Shown here: positions 40,196-50,407 of the stretch, one piece after another
Numbering within the stretch: position 1 is the stretch's first letter
Layout of the letters: every line of letters begins with the position of its first letter
Assembly (NCBI GenBank): GCA_964372205.1
Contig: CAYJQB010000001.1
Location: forward strand, 141,180-205,179
DNA length: 64,000 bases
Direction: 5' to 3'
Origin: Candidatus Woesearchaeota archaeon
GTDB lineage: Archaea; Nanobdellota; Nanobdellia; Pacearchaeales; GW2011-AR1
Made by a program: the position numbers and the translations under genes
Notes under the pieces: generated by a model
Told to the model about the DNA's origin: nothing
Seen by the model: the letters and a program-made list of their open reading frames with translations, nothing else
Databases searched by the model: none

Positions 40196-42772
40196 TTACC
40201 ATTTCACCTTTTTGAAGGCATAACTTATCTGTTCTCCCTTCCAGCCAGCCTTCTTAAGATGAGCTCTTATTTTAAGGCCGTTCAATCCTTTCTCTTTAGC
40301 ATTTCTGACAAAATTTGTAATATTGAAAAGGTCAACTCTTTTAGGAAACAGCTTGTTTTCATAATGCCTCTTATACCACAATCGCCCCAAAACGAAGGCT
40401 AATATCCCTCCAAGAACAATTACAATTATTACAAAAACAGCAGCCCCATAAGGTCGGCAGTCAGTCGGGCAGTTATTCCTATTCTCACCTCTATCTTCCT
40501 CACATACTCTATCGAAATCACATGAAATAATAGGCTCATAACCACCAAAAGTGTCTGTGAACGGAGATACGTAAGTTGCAAGGTCATTAGGTTTCACAGA
40601 GCCGGATATTGCAAACTCAATGCTACTCAACCCAGATGCTGGAATTTTTGTAGCGCCCAATACATCTTCCTGCCCGTAATCTCTTGTAAATGTTATCTGG
40701 TCTATAGGGAAGTCGATAATCAAGAAAGTATTGCTCAAGCTCCCTTTTGGAGTTATTTGCATATGAAATTTTGTGAGTACTGGCTCATTACCATTGTCAT
40801 ATTTTGCAAACACTTCCTCAAAATTTATTGTAGCAGCAACGTTTGCACTCATCCAGGTGATTATATCGTTTTTTAAGGAATCTCTTGCATCAGCGCCAGT
40901 CACATTAGCATTGCTCAATGCAGATATATATTCAACATCCAGCGAGTTCAATCCGATTTCAATTGGAACAGTTCCTCTAATGCTTGAATTGACTCCTGAA
41001 GGAACATCAAGCTCCATCAAGTCAAGCATTATATCTTCAAACTGTTCATCCGTAGTCGAGTTCTTGAATCTGCTGTCCAAATTTTTTACATTTGTATCTA
41101 ACGAATCCAACTGAATCAAATCCTTAATTTCAGTTTGAATCCATAAGGGGTAAGCATTCAAACTATCTTTAGTAAGCTGTATTTCTTTTTTGTAATCCTC
41201 CAAAGTCATATTAGCAGATTCTCTTGCATCTCCAACAATTACCTTGAAAACGCTCGTAGCAGTCTGTCTATTGATATCAGTGATTGTAACGCTGACATTG
41301 AATTCTCCCTGTTCAGTGTAAGTGTAATCAAGAGTTTTAGAATTTGAAGTCTTTATGTTCCCGTCCCCAAAATTCCATCTTACATTAGTTACATTCCTAA
41401 AAGTAATAACACTGAATGTCGCTTTTTTTCCAAATGAAACAAACTTGGGAGAGATATCAAAACCGAATCCTCCGGAAATATTTATGTCCACATTTATCAA
41501 AGATTCATCATCAATCATTAACTCAATATAGTCTGCTTCACTTCCTCTTGGTATGACAAATCCAGCCTTTTCAATATCCAACTCTAATTCATCTGTTGAA
41601 AGCGTAGACGGCGTGATAGAAACATCATATAAATTATTATTCTCTAAAGTTCCTGACCCAGATGCCTGATATTTGACGGATACCTCACTAATAGTCAAAA
41701 TCTGATTAGCTCCTATGAATTCAATTGGAACAATACACTTCGGATTGCAAGAATTTCCGTAATTCTCTTGAATATACCTCTCAACATCGTTCAATAAGTT
41801 TTCATTGGTTAATGAGTTATATTTTTGCGGATCAATAGAAATATCTGTGCTTCCGTACATGAGGTTTTTTGCAAAGATTTCATAATCTATTGAGTTGCTT
41901 CCAGCTCCAGGATTATTCGTCCCACAGGGTTCAACAAATTCCACTCTTATCTTGTAGTCAGAAGTATCTGTAGCGCTTATACATGCATAATAATCTCTGT
42001 TGACTGCTGAAGAGAACTCAACTACACACTCTAAATCTTGTGTTGACGAAGAGTGCCTTGGAAGGGTACAACTTCCAAGAGGATATCCTTCCATATCAAT
42101 AAGACTCATATTCAGCCGTGCATTTCCAGAAGTGCCGTTGATAACTCTCGCTCCAAGCTTGAAAGCAGGTCCTTCAGGAAGAGTCATCTTCTCACAGAAC
42201 TTATTAGGAAAAACAGGAATTTGAGTTTCTTGATAATCAGAGTTCTCAAGATAATCTTCAAAACATCCGTATTTAGTAGAAAAACATTGCGTATCTAAAT
42301 AAGCGCCTCCAGAGATAAGGTCAAGCCCATCTCCAAGAACATCAATCTTTACAGGACTTGTACAACTTGAGCTTTTATCACTTCTAATTCTAAACTTAAG
42401 GTTTTCCATTTGCGCAAAAGGATTTCCTTGGACTTTAAATCCAACCAGGCTTTCATCAACGGAGAGTTCAAAGGAGTTTGCTATCTCTCCTTCCTGGAAT
42501 CCAGGAATACATCCTGTTCTGCTACAAGTGAATCCAGAACCTTCAGAATAGTTATTAGATTCCAAAAGATCCTTTAGAGTTATTTCTCCATCAAAGTTGC
42601 TAGAAACAAGGGCATCAACAGAAATATCTTCCAGAGTAATATTTATTGTCCCAGATATCATATCCCCTCCAGCATAATTCCTTACAAGGTTCTCACTCTG
42701 CAACTCAACTCCTGCAATCACAATGCTTGCAAGGATAATCGTGCACAAAACAAGTCCAACAAATCTTCGCAT
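40196..42772 (-). CDS. giant cell-surface protein with PKD domain, signal peptide and C-terminal TM anchor
   Basis: Signal peptide MRRFVGLVLCTIILASIVIAG. PKD-like block WNFGDGNIKTSNSKTLDYTYTEQGEFNVSVTITD. A C-terminal TM helix and a basic tail. Confidence 0.55.
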   Translation of the reverse strand: MRRFVGLVLCTIILASIVIAGVELQSENLVRNYAGGDMISGTINITLEDISVDALVSSNFDGEITLKDLLESNNYSEGSGFTCSRTGCIPGFQEGEIANSFELSVDESLVGFKVQGNPFAQMENLKFRIRSDKSSSCTSPVKIDVLGDGLDLISGGAYLDTQCFSTKYGCFEDYLENSDYQETQIPVFPNKFCEKMTLPEGPAFKLGARVINGTSGNARLNMSLIDMEGYPLGSCTLPRHSSSTQDLECVVEFSSAVNRDYYACISATDTSDYKIRVEFVEPCGTNNPGAGSNSIDYEIFAKNLMYGSTDISIDPQKYNSLTNENLLNDVERYIQENYGNSCNPKCIVPIEFIGANQILTISEVSVKYQASGSGTLENNNLYDVSITPSTLSTDELELDIEKAGFVIPRGSEADYIELMIDDESLINVDINISGGFGFDISPKFVSFGKKATFSVITFRNVTNVRWNFGDGNIKTSNSKTLDYTYTEQGEFNVSVTITDINRQTATSVFKVIVGDARESANMTLEDYKKEIQLTKDSLNAYPLWIQTEIKDLIQLDSLDTNVKNLDSRFKNSTTDEQFEDIMLDLMELDVPSGVNSSIRGTVPIEIGLNSLDVEYISALSNANVTGADARDSLKNDIITWMSANVAATINFEEVFAKYDNGNEPVLTKFHMQITPKGSLSNTFLIIDFPIDQITFTRDYGQEDVLGATKIPASGLSSIEFAISGSVKPNDLATYVSPFTDTFGGYEPIISCDFDRVCEEDRGENRNNCPTDCRPYGAAVFVIIVIVLGGILAFVLGRLWYKRHYENKLFPKRVDLFNITNFVRNAKEKGLNGLKIRAHLKKAGWKGEQISYAFKKVKW

Positions 42773-42773
42773 G

Positions 42774-45107
42774 CTATTCCTCTTTTTGTCTCATTAAAAA
42801 GTATATCATTACGACAATTATTCCTGCAACAATAAACTGATTGAAGTCAAAGAATCCTAAATCAACAGAGGGGGAACCGCAAAGAACGACTATAGATTCA
42901 TTCACACATAGAACATCATTAGGATTCCCAATTCCACTATATTCTGCAGTCACTTCAACATCTCTATATCCATCTATACACTCACCCATTTCGTAGGTGT
43001 ATATACAACTGTCGTCATCATCGTCTGAATGTCCAGTTCCAGAGCCAGTATAAGTTTTGTTGAAATAACATTGTTCATTATCTGTTCTCCAAGAACAACT
43101 ACACTCAACTATATCTCCATTGTAATAACTGCCACATTCAGGTTCTTCATTCCAGCCAGGAAGGTCCTCATCAAGGATGTTAGCAGCATCATTCACACAA
43201 TCATTTTGATTTTGATAATCCTGACAAAGTTCTATCTCAGTGTCTTCTCCGAGGCATCTGACTACTCCAGTGCCGTCATCAGCACAAACAAAATCATCTC
43301 TACAACAATCGTCTGCAGTTCTTGCTTGTCCATCAACTCCAACACAAGCTCTATTGACTGTTTGAGTATCTTGAGGGATTCCAGCTTTTCCATTATCATT
43401 CAATGGCAACCAGGAATTGCCTCCATCGACACACTGTCCTAAGTCAAATGTCCTTTCAGTTTCCTTTGTCAGAGAGAAGAAGCTATTTGCGAATTCATAC
43501 TTGAATATTATAATTCTCCTTCCTGCAAAATTATCTCCAAATAACTTGCTTCCAGAAACATAATCTCCTCCAGAGCCTGCATCAAAGTCTCCGTCTTCAA
43601 AATTCCATGTGAAGTTACTTTCAGTGGTGAATCCCTTATCTGGCGTGATGATTGGCAAATCGCTCAGAAGACAACCAACAGGGACGTTTTCTGTTCTATC
43701 AGGGCAATATCCTGCAACACAATTTACAGTTGGACAACCACTTCCGAAGCTGTTCACAACAAAACTATCACTTGCATTGTATTTTACCACAAGCCTAGGA
43801 TTATTATTAGGTCCAGATACTTGAGGCACTAGTTCAAGATGGAAAGGTTCATTGACATAAGCCATGATTCCAGGAGATGCTAAGACTACTATCCCTACTT
43901 GATCCTCATCATAAAGTCCTGTATTTATATCACTTACCTTTAATGTAACTGTTTTCTGTCCAGTTGTTGCAAAGGTATATTCAAAAGTCTCCAGGTTGCT
44001 TGTAAAATCATCTTCCTCTATCGTCCACTCAAATTCTAAATGTGATGTGTCATCAGTTCCAGGATCTTGCGTGAACCACACTCTAGTGTTCTGGAAATAA
44101 ACTCCCTTATGTTCCGGAGCAGTTATATTTGCTTTTGGAGGTTCTGGTGGTGCAGCTTCGCAATGTACATTTAATTTATAGCTTATCCTACTGCTCCCAG
44201 GTATGCTGGCATTAAAGAAAAATTCTAATCCTCCATTTTCACAATCAGTTCCGTCGTCTGCACTATCTATCAACTGCTGTGTCAATAGAAGGTTTGCTGT
44301 AGCAAGTCCATTGTTTATACTTCCCGTAAAGGTTCCTATATTATCATCTCCAGAGTCCTTTCTTCCATTGGCATTATCATCATCCCAAGCATCAAAATTG
44401 ACTGTCCCACTCCCAAGATTTGTTTGAGCAACCAAAGTCACAGTCTGATCAATGTATGCTTCTGTTATTCTCTGTCCGGACTTTCTCCACTCAACACTTG
44501 TTATATCTCCACTTTGCTGACAATCTCCGCATAGTTGGTCTTCTCCTACCTCACATATTCCATCATTATCACAAGTTCCACTTCCTCCAGCTGCCGCAGA
44601 ACTACAACACACTTTTGTAGGATATGTTCCTGGCTGTCCTAAATGAGAGTTAGTTCCTGCCCCCTGATACGAATCTGACAAAGTAACAATCTCTTTCTCA
44701 CCAGGCAAATTACAGCTGTATATTGTCGTTCTACAGACTAAATCTCCGTAACATACATAACTATATGCAGAATTTATACCATAAGGCCATTGTGCATGCG
44801 CATTATTCAAAGGATATCCATTGTTCTTTGCAAGTCTTATAACCGCGTTCTCTGGAACCCCATCCCCATTACCATCTATACAATTGTGAGGGTTAGCTCC
44901 AGTGTAAGACTCCCCGTATAGAGAATCATAACATATCTCAAAGCTATAAGGCACCGCTGTGAAGTTCCATTCAGCTCCATGAGAATTACTACTACTGAAC
45001 ATCCTGAAAAGAGTCTGCCCATCAACACAACTTGCTGCGAAAACACCTGAAGACAAGAAAGCTAAACTGACAGCAAAAAATACTCCTAAACCAAGCCACC
45101 TCTTCAT
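42774..45107 (-). CDS. giant Cys-rich cell-surface protein with PKD-like domain, signal peptide and C-terminal TM anchor
   Basis: Signal peptide MKRWLGLGVFFAVSLAFLSSGVFA. More than 45 Cys. PKD-like block EYTFATTGQKTVTLKVSD. C-terminal helix IVAGIIVVMIYFLM. Confidence 0.55.
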   Translation of the reverse strand: MKRWLGLGVFFAVSLAFLSSGVFAASCVDGQTLFRMFSSSNSHGAEWNFTAVPYSFEICYDSLYGESYTGANPHNCIDGNGDGVPENAVIRLAKNNGYPLNNAHAQWPYGINSAYSYVCYGDLVCRTTIYSCNLPGEKEIVTLSDSYQGAGTNSHLGQPGTYPTKVCCSSAAAGGSGTCDNDGICEVGEDQLCGDCQQSGDITSVEWRKSGQRITEAYIDQTVTLVAQTNLGSGTVNFDAWDDDNANGRKDSGDDNIGTFTGSINNGLATANLLLTQQLIDSADDGTDCENGGLEFFFNASIPGSSRISYKLNVHCEAAPPEPPKANITAPEHKGVYFQNTRVWFTQDPGTDDTSHLEFEWTIEEDDFTSNLETFEYTFATTGQKTVTLKVSDINTGLYDEDQVGIVVLASPGIMAYVNEPFHLELVPQVSGPNNNPRLVVKYNASDSFVVNSFGSGCPTVNCVAGYCPDRTENVPVGCLLSDLPIITPDKGFTTESNFTWNFEDGDFDAGSGGDYVSGSKLFGDNFAGRRIIIFKYEFANSFFSLTKETERTFDLGQCVDGGNSWLPLNDNGKAGIPQDTQTVNRACVGVDGQARTADDCCRDDFVCADDGTGVVRCLGEDTEIELCQDYQNQNDCVNDAANILDEDLPGWNEEPECGSYYNGDIVECSCSWRTDNEQCYFNKTYTGSGTGHSDDDDDSCIYTYEMGECIDGYRDVEVTAEYSGIGNPNDVLCVNESIVVLCGSPSVDLGFFDFNQFIVAGIIVVMIYFLMRQKEE

Positions 45108-45154
45108 GAAGTTTTTAGTTTATCCATCTTTATAAATATTGCCGGGAATTCGCT

Positions 45155-46573
45155 TTAACCCTTAACGACAGCAAGAGGTTTTAGTCTTACAACAAGTTTT
45201 CCAATACCCAGCTCATCACTCACTTTTACAACTTCATTCACATCTTTATAGGCTTCAGGAGCTTCCTCAAGAATCCCTTTCATGCTCCCTGCTTCAGTAT
45301 AAATGTCTCTATCAGCTAAGTCTTTTTTGATACTCTCGAGGTTTAAGTTCTTTATAGCATAACTTCTCGAAAGAACTCTCCCAGCTCCATGAGCTGTACT
45401 TGCAAAACTAATCTTTGAAGCTTCATTAGTTCCGCAAAGAACATAAGAATAAGTCCCCATACTTCCCGGTATAAATATTGGCTGTCCAACTTTTCTATAC
45501 ATTGCCGGAAGTTCCTTTCTACCCTTTCCAAAACTCCTAGTAGCACCCTTCCTATGTATGCATAGTTCTTTCTTCTTCCCATCAATCTCAAAAGTTTCAA
45601 ATTTTGCAATATTATGGGCTACATCATACACCAATTCCAGATTACTTTTTGGAAAATACTTCTTGAACGCATTTCTTATCTGGTACATTATCAATGTCCT
45701 ATTCACAAAAGCAAAATTAGCAGCAGCTCTCATCGCTCCTAAATAGTCCCTACCTAATTTGCTGTTTATTGGAGCACATGCAAGCTCTCTATCAGGGAGT
45801 TGTTTAAACCCATACTCTTTTTCCATATCTCTTATGTAGTCTGATGCAGTCTGATGTCCAAGCCCCCTGCTCCCAGAATGTATCAGTACACATATCTGTC
45901 CCTTCTTTTTCAATCCAAAAGCCTTCGCAGTTTTTTCATCATATATTTCATCAATCTCCTGTATCTCAAGAAAATGGTTTCCAGCTCCTAGTGTACCTAG
46001 TTGATTTCTTCCCCTTCCTTTCGCCTTTGCACTTACTTTTTCAGGCTCTGCCCCAAGAATACATCCTCCATCTTCACACTTTTCAGCATCTTCTTTCATA
46101 GCATAACCATTTTCAACAGCCCAAACAACACCACGTTTCATCACATCATCAAGTTCTTTCTCCTTAAAACTAAACTCTCCTTTCACACCAACTCCTGAAG
46201 GCACGTCTCTCTTTATTTGATGAGTTATCTCCTTTCTTTTTTTAAGAAACTCTTCCTTTGTCAAATTAGAAGCAAGAAGTCTAACTCCGCAATTTATATC
46301 GTAACCAATTCCTCCAGGAGAGACGATTCCTTTCTGAATATCAAAAGCAGCAACACCTCCAACAGAAAATCCATACCCTTGATGAGCATCCGGCATAGCA
46401 AGTGAATATCCAACAATTCCAGGTAGTTGAGCAACATTTCTTAATTGTTCAAGAGTCTTATCTTCCTTTATCTTCTCAATAAGCTTCTCAGAGGCGAATA
46501 CTCTTCCAGGAACTAGCATTTTTCCTTCTTTTTTCAACTCGTAAACATTCTCAGATATCTTCTTTATTTCCAT
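45155..46573 (-). CDS. rtcB: RNA-splicing ligase RtcB
   Basis: GYSLAMPDAHQGYGFSVGGVAAFD and the His-rich metal site CVLIHSGSRGLGHQ. Start taken at the internal Met MEIKKIS. Confidence 0.85.
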   Translation of the reverse strand: MEIKKISENVYELKKEGKMLVPGRVFASEKLIEKIKEDKTLEQLRNVAQLPGIVGYSLAMPDAHQGYGFSVGGVAAFDIQKGIVSPGGIGYDINCGVRLLASNLTKEEFLKKRKEITHQIKRDVPSGVGVKGEFSFKEKELDDVMKRGVVWAVENGYAMKEDAEKCEDGGCILGAEPEKVSAKAKGRGRNQLGTLGAGNHFLEIQEIDEIYDEKTAKAFGLKKKGQICVLIHSGSRGLGHQTASDYIRDMEKEYGFKQLPDRELACAPINSKLGRDYLGAMRAAANFAFVNRTLIMYQIRNAFKKYFPKSNLELVYDVAHNIAKFETFEIDGKKKELCIHRKGATRSFGKGRKELPAMYRKVGQPIFIPGSMGTYSYVLCGTNEASKISFASTAHGAGRVLSRSYAIKNLNLESIKKDLADRDIYTEAGSMKGILEEAPEAYKDVNEVVKVSDELGIGKLVVRLKPLAVVKG

Positions 46574-46611
46574 ACAGAGAAAGGTCAAAACAGGTTTATT
46601 AATGTTTCAAA

Positions 46612-47430
46612 TCAATTAAACTTCCGCCTCAAATGAGGAGGTTTATTCTTTTCATGTCTAACAATAAGAAATATAACAATCACCAATACAATAAACCCTC
46701 CCACAAAGAGATACCAATAATCTTTCACAAAACCATAAGCCGAACCAACTACCCTAGTATCCCTTTCTCCGATTATTTTTCCCAATCCTTCATCATCTTC
46801 TGAATTAGTATCACTAGGTTCAGCATCAGAAATTTTTTCGTGTATAGAACTTATTAATATACTTGCATAGCCCCCTGTGATATTTAGTAATGTGACTGAA
46901 AGGTCATAAAAGTTATCATTATTAACTTCAAATATACCTGACTCACCAATTATCAGTATTTTCTGCTGTGGCTTAGAGGATACATTGATTGTTACATTTA
47001 AATCTGTAAGTTCTATAATTCCAATATGATGTGTTTCTCCACTAACATTTAGCCTTATTCTTTGTCTCTTTTTCAGTGTTTTTTCTATTAATCCTATCTC
47101 TTCAAATGGTTTGTCGTCTTCTGCAAAAGTACCTCCTGTCCAAAAATCAGAATTCCCAGAACCTCCTCCGCCACCACCTCCAGTGTCTCCGTCTCCATCA
47201 CCTGTTGCCCCACAATAAGTTTGAATGTCTGTTGTAGAGTCAATTGTAATCAAAAATATGTCTGAGGGACTGCTTTCGTCATTACCACAAGTAATTCCAT
47301 TAATCGTAATGTTTGTATTATAAACTCCTATTTCATCAGCATCAATAAAAGTAAAATCAAAAGTTAAAGTAGTGTTAGAACCAGTAGCGGTTAAATTTGT
47401 ATATTGATTTATCCTAACAGCAGAAGCCAC
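46612..47430 (-). CDS. surface protein with Gly-rich linker and C-terminal TM anchor
   Basis: The tracked ORF begins with GTG. The in-frame upstream sequence encodes a signal-peptide-like KKKILISILLIFLVLPVASA with no ATG (see findings). A run of G follows; the C-terminal helix is LFVGGFIVLVIVIFLIV. Confidence 0.4.
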   Translation of the reverse strand: MASAVRINQYTNLTATGSNTTLTFDFTFIDADEIGVYNTNITINGITCGNDESSPSDIFLITIDSTTDIQTYCGATGDGDGDTGGGGGGGSGNSDFWTGGTFAEDDKPFEEIGLIEKTLKKRQRIRLNVSGETHHIGIIELTDLNVTINVSSKPQQKILIIGESGIFEVNNDNFYDLSVTLLNITGGYASILISSIHEKISDAEPSDTNSEDDEGLGKIIGERDTRVVGSAYGFVKDYWYLFVGGFIVLVIVIFLIVRHEKNKPPHLRRKFN

Positions 47431-47476
47431 AGGTAAGACTAAAAAAATCAGTAAAATACTAATTAAAATTTTTTTT

Positions 47477-48796
47477 TTAAATCCATGTTATCCCAACAAT
47501 CCCAGTAGCAGTTCCATTATATATGAAAATATTATCAGTATCGTTTATCCAATACATATCTCCTTCTCTCTTGCTTAATGATTGATAAGTCGCATTTGTG
47601 ACATGAGGTAGGGAGAAGAATCCTATTCTATCTCTATATGGAGAATTTGCAGTCTGTTGATTATACTTGCTCAAGGAGTAACTATTGGATGAACCTATAA
47701 CTAAAGGAGTGTTAGGATTATCTATTCTTACGTCAATATCCCAAGCAGTTCCTCCACCAGTAGAAGATGTCTTAAAAATATTCCCATAATATTTCTTTTC
47801 ATCTGAAGCTGATTGAGGATGTATGTAAGCTCCTGTTGCGTTTGCTCCTCCAGATGAAGTAACCTCAAATAGATTACCTATCACGCTAGAGCCATGATTA
47901 GATAAGAATGTCCCAGAATCGTGAATACCTCTAACATTTGCTCCTCCAGTTCCAATCGCATAAATATGGTTAGAAATTATAGTAGTTTCTCCAGTTCCAA
48001 ATATACCTATTCCTGCATTTGGATTTGTTGAAAATGAAGTGTTTGTTTGAAGGAAAATATTGTTTGCAATTATGTCCCCCCTTCCTTCCGCTGTATGTCC
48101 TTCTTTTCTAATCCCAATAGTAATCTGAGTTCCAGCAGTTCGGTTCATGATAATATCATTTCCCGTGATAAACATAGACTTTTCTCCTGAACCACCAAAT
48201 GAAATTCCACAAGCTGCCTGCGACGAAATAGTATCTATCTGAATCCTATTGTCAGATACTATGGTATTTGAAGAATAGACTAGATTTGGAATGTATAATC
48301 CCATTAAAGTAGCTTTAATATTTGAGTCCTGTAATCTGAACCTATCAAGCTTTGCGGAAGCATTAATTGCGATAGATTCATTACCCGTAGCAAAAATAGA
48401 ACAATCCCTTATGGATGAATTTGAGTAAACTGTTATGAAAACAGAAGCAGTGTTATTTTGGATTGTTGTCGAATCTACCCCTGAACATTTTAAATCGACA
48501 TTCGCTGGAAGCTCCAAGTGTGACTCATTGTAAATTCCAGGAGCAACAAATATAGTCTGTCCTGGAGAAACCGCAGAGATAGCAGCAGATACGCTAGGAT
48601 AATTTCCAAATCCATGAGAATTAACAACAAGGACATCATTAGAAATAGTATTCAAAAAGAGATTTCCACTTATATTAATACTGTCTGTGAAAGAACTTGC
48701 CGAGTTGCTTATAGTCGTGGCATAACTAACCGCTAAGAATCCAATTACGAAAATAAAACCCCAGAGGGTTAGGTAAAATCCTTTACTTTTTTTCAT
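47477..48796 (-). CDS. secreted right-handed beta-helix (pectin-lyase-fold) protein
   Basis: Signal peptide MKKSKGFYLTLWGFIFVIGFLAVSYA. Repeated units of about 22 aa (N.S, I.N.I, SDN) typical of parallel beta-helix repeats. Confidence 0.5.
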   Translation of the reverse strand: MKKSKGFYLTLWGFIFVIGFLAVSYATTISNSASSFTDSINISGNLFLNTISNDVLVVNSHGFGNYPSVSAAISAVSPGQTIFVAPGIYNESHLELPANVDLKCSGVDSTTIQNNTASVFITVYSNSSIRDCSIFATGNESIAINASAKLDRFRLQDSNIKATLMGLYIPNLVYSSNTIVSDNRIQIDTISSQAACGISFGGSGEKSMFITGNDIIMNRTAGTQITIGIRKEGHTAEGRGDIIANNIFLQTNTSFSTNPNAGIGIFGTGETTIISNHIYAIGTGGANVRGIHDSGTFLSNHGSSVIGNLFEVTSSGGANATGAYIHPQSASDEKKYYGNIFKTSSTGGGTAWDIDVRIDNPNTPLVIGSSNSYSLSKYNQQTANSPYRDRIGFFSLPHVTNATYQSLSKREGDMYWINDTDNIFIYNGTATGIVGITWI

Positions 48797-48860
48797 AATT
48801 ATATCAACATTTTTATCTTTTATATATATCTTCCTTTCAGACTATTTTTCCCAATTATTC

Positions 48861-49271
48861 TCAAACATCCAGCACAAAAACAGCTTCCCAGGAATCTTTA
48901 TTTTTCTTCACGTACATTTCAGAATAAGTAGGAGCTTTCACATGGTCAAGATAGGGATAATTAGAGGTTTTATCTCCTTGCAGTTCAGCTTCCAGTTTAT
49001 TATCTCTTAATTTCACTTTTGCTTTTGAAACAATAAATCCTTTCGCATCACTCAAATAAATAAGCTCGTCAATGAAATTGTAGAGTAATGATTCACTATC
49101 TTCTCCCTCAATTTTTATTTTGACTTTCTTTAAAGGTTTTATTTTTTCCCCTCTAGAAACAAAATTAGAGAATGCTAAAGCAGAATTCTCAAATATCTTC
49201 TCAAGGCTCATCCCCCTGATTTTGAACTTCACTTCAGAAGTATGCTCCAGCATTTCTATGTCTTTATTCAT
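48861..49271 (-). CDS. archease (RtcB activator)
   Basis: MLEHTSEVKFKIRG at the N-terminus and DHVKAPTYSEMYV near the C-terminus (archease KAVTYH motif). Start taken at Met6, which forms an ATGA overlap with the upstream gene. Confidence 0.75.
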   Translation of the reverse strand: MNKDIEMLEHTSEVKFKIRGMSLEKIFENSALAFSNFVSRGEKIKPLKKVKIKIEGEDSESLLYNFIDELIYLSDAKGFIVSKAKVKLRDNKLEAELQGDKTSNYPYLDHVKAPTYSEMYVKKNKDSWEAVFVLDV

Positions 49272-49672
49272 TGTGCATTTTTCCACATGAAAAGTCTTAT
49301 CTTTTTTGGAGAATATCCTAAATAAGAAATATCAGAACTTATAACTCTCTCTTGCGCAAAAACCTCTCCAGAAACGTAATTTTCCATACCACATACTTCG
49401 TTGACTTCGCATATTGTGAAAGTGTGGTTAAACGTTCCAGCAGGTATTCTTTTTTCCAAAAAGCGTTCTATCTTTTCTCCATCATCGCTTAGAACAGCCT
49501 TTCTCAATTCGGTGTTCCTAGACATTTCTTCTAATATATCTCTTCCAAGCTCGTCATAGTCAAGTCCGCTAAAATCCGGTCTTGTTTCCACAAAAAGAAA
49601 ATATATGACTCCTATAAGTAGCATAATAGACACACTAGCTTCAATTATTCTTATAATTCCTTTCGAGTTCAT
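49268..49672 (-). CDS. pilin-like protein (class III signal peptide)
   Basis: MNSKGIIRIIEASVSIMLLIGVIYFLF: KG, then hydrophobic residues, with E at +5 after the predicted cleavage. Confidence 0.45.
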   Translation of the reverse strand: MNSKGIIRIIEASVSIMLLIGVIYFLFVETRPDFSGLDYDELGRDILEEMSRNTELRKAVLSDDGEKIERFLEKRIPAGTFNHTFTICEVNEVCGMENYVSGEVFAQERVISSDISYLGYSPKKIRLFMWKNAQ

Positions 49673-49673
49673 T

Positions 49674-50366
49674 TTACCAAACTTTAACAGTAAGATCTGA
49701 AAAAACAGATTCTCCGTCAACATTAATAGATTCTTTTCTTTCTGATTCGCTCCAAACTTCTAAGTCTGCAGGTATTTCCATCTCAGAAATAAAACTACTC
49801 CCTTCCAATATATTGAATGAAAATCCAAACTCAACCCTCCCGGGAAGATTAAATTCTTCTTTCACAGAACTATAAGATTCGTAATAGCTATTGTTAAGTT
49901 CCAATGCAGCTGCCTCACTCCATACTTCTTTTGTATCAGAGCTCGATACAGTAAATTGCCCCTCTTCTAGATTTGTTCCTTGAGAAACGCTTCCAGCATT
50001 ATAAGTTTTTGAAAATTTAACAACAATAAATTTTTCAGAGCCCCTATCTATTACTGCATATCCTCCTTCATACTTAGACGGAAGAAAGTCTCCTGCATTG
50101 TTTTCAGCTCTGACGTTGTATCCTTTAGGATTTTCTAAAGGAATTCCTACAACTCCCTCATTTACCTGATTATCGATGACTACAGAGTAAGTTATCAGTT
50201 CAACACTTATGTTTTGAGATATTTCATCCATAGCATAATCTATTGAAGATTCAACAACCCTATCAACATCCAAAGGATTGAAAAAGTATAACGCGAAGAC
50301 TAAAAATCCCATAAAAAGCACAAAAGCCAGAATGACTTCAACATGCCCCATCCCTCTTTTTTCCAT
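49674..50366 (-). CDS. pilin-like protein (class III signal peptide)
   Basis: MEKRGMGHVEVILAFVLFMGFLVFALYF. Confidence 0.45.
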   Translation of the reverse strand: MEKRGMGHVEVILAFVLFMGFLVFALYFFNPLDVDRVVESSIDYAMDEISQNISVELITYSVVIDNQVNEGVVGIPLENPKGYNVRAENNAGDFLPSKYEGGYAVIDRGSEKFIVVKFSKTYNAGSVSQGTNLEEGQFTVSSSDTKEVWSEAAALELNNSYYESYSSVKEEFNLPGRVEFGFSFNILEGSSFISEMEIPADLEVWSESERKESINVDGESVFSDLTVKVW

Positions 50367-50407
50367 TATCGATAAAACGTAATATTATTTAAATACCTTG
50401 CCTATAA

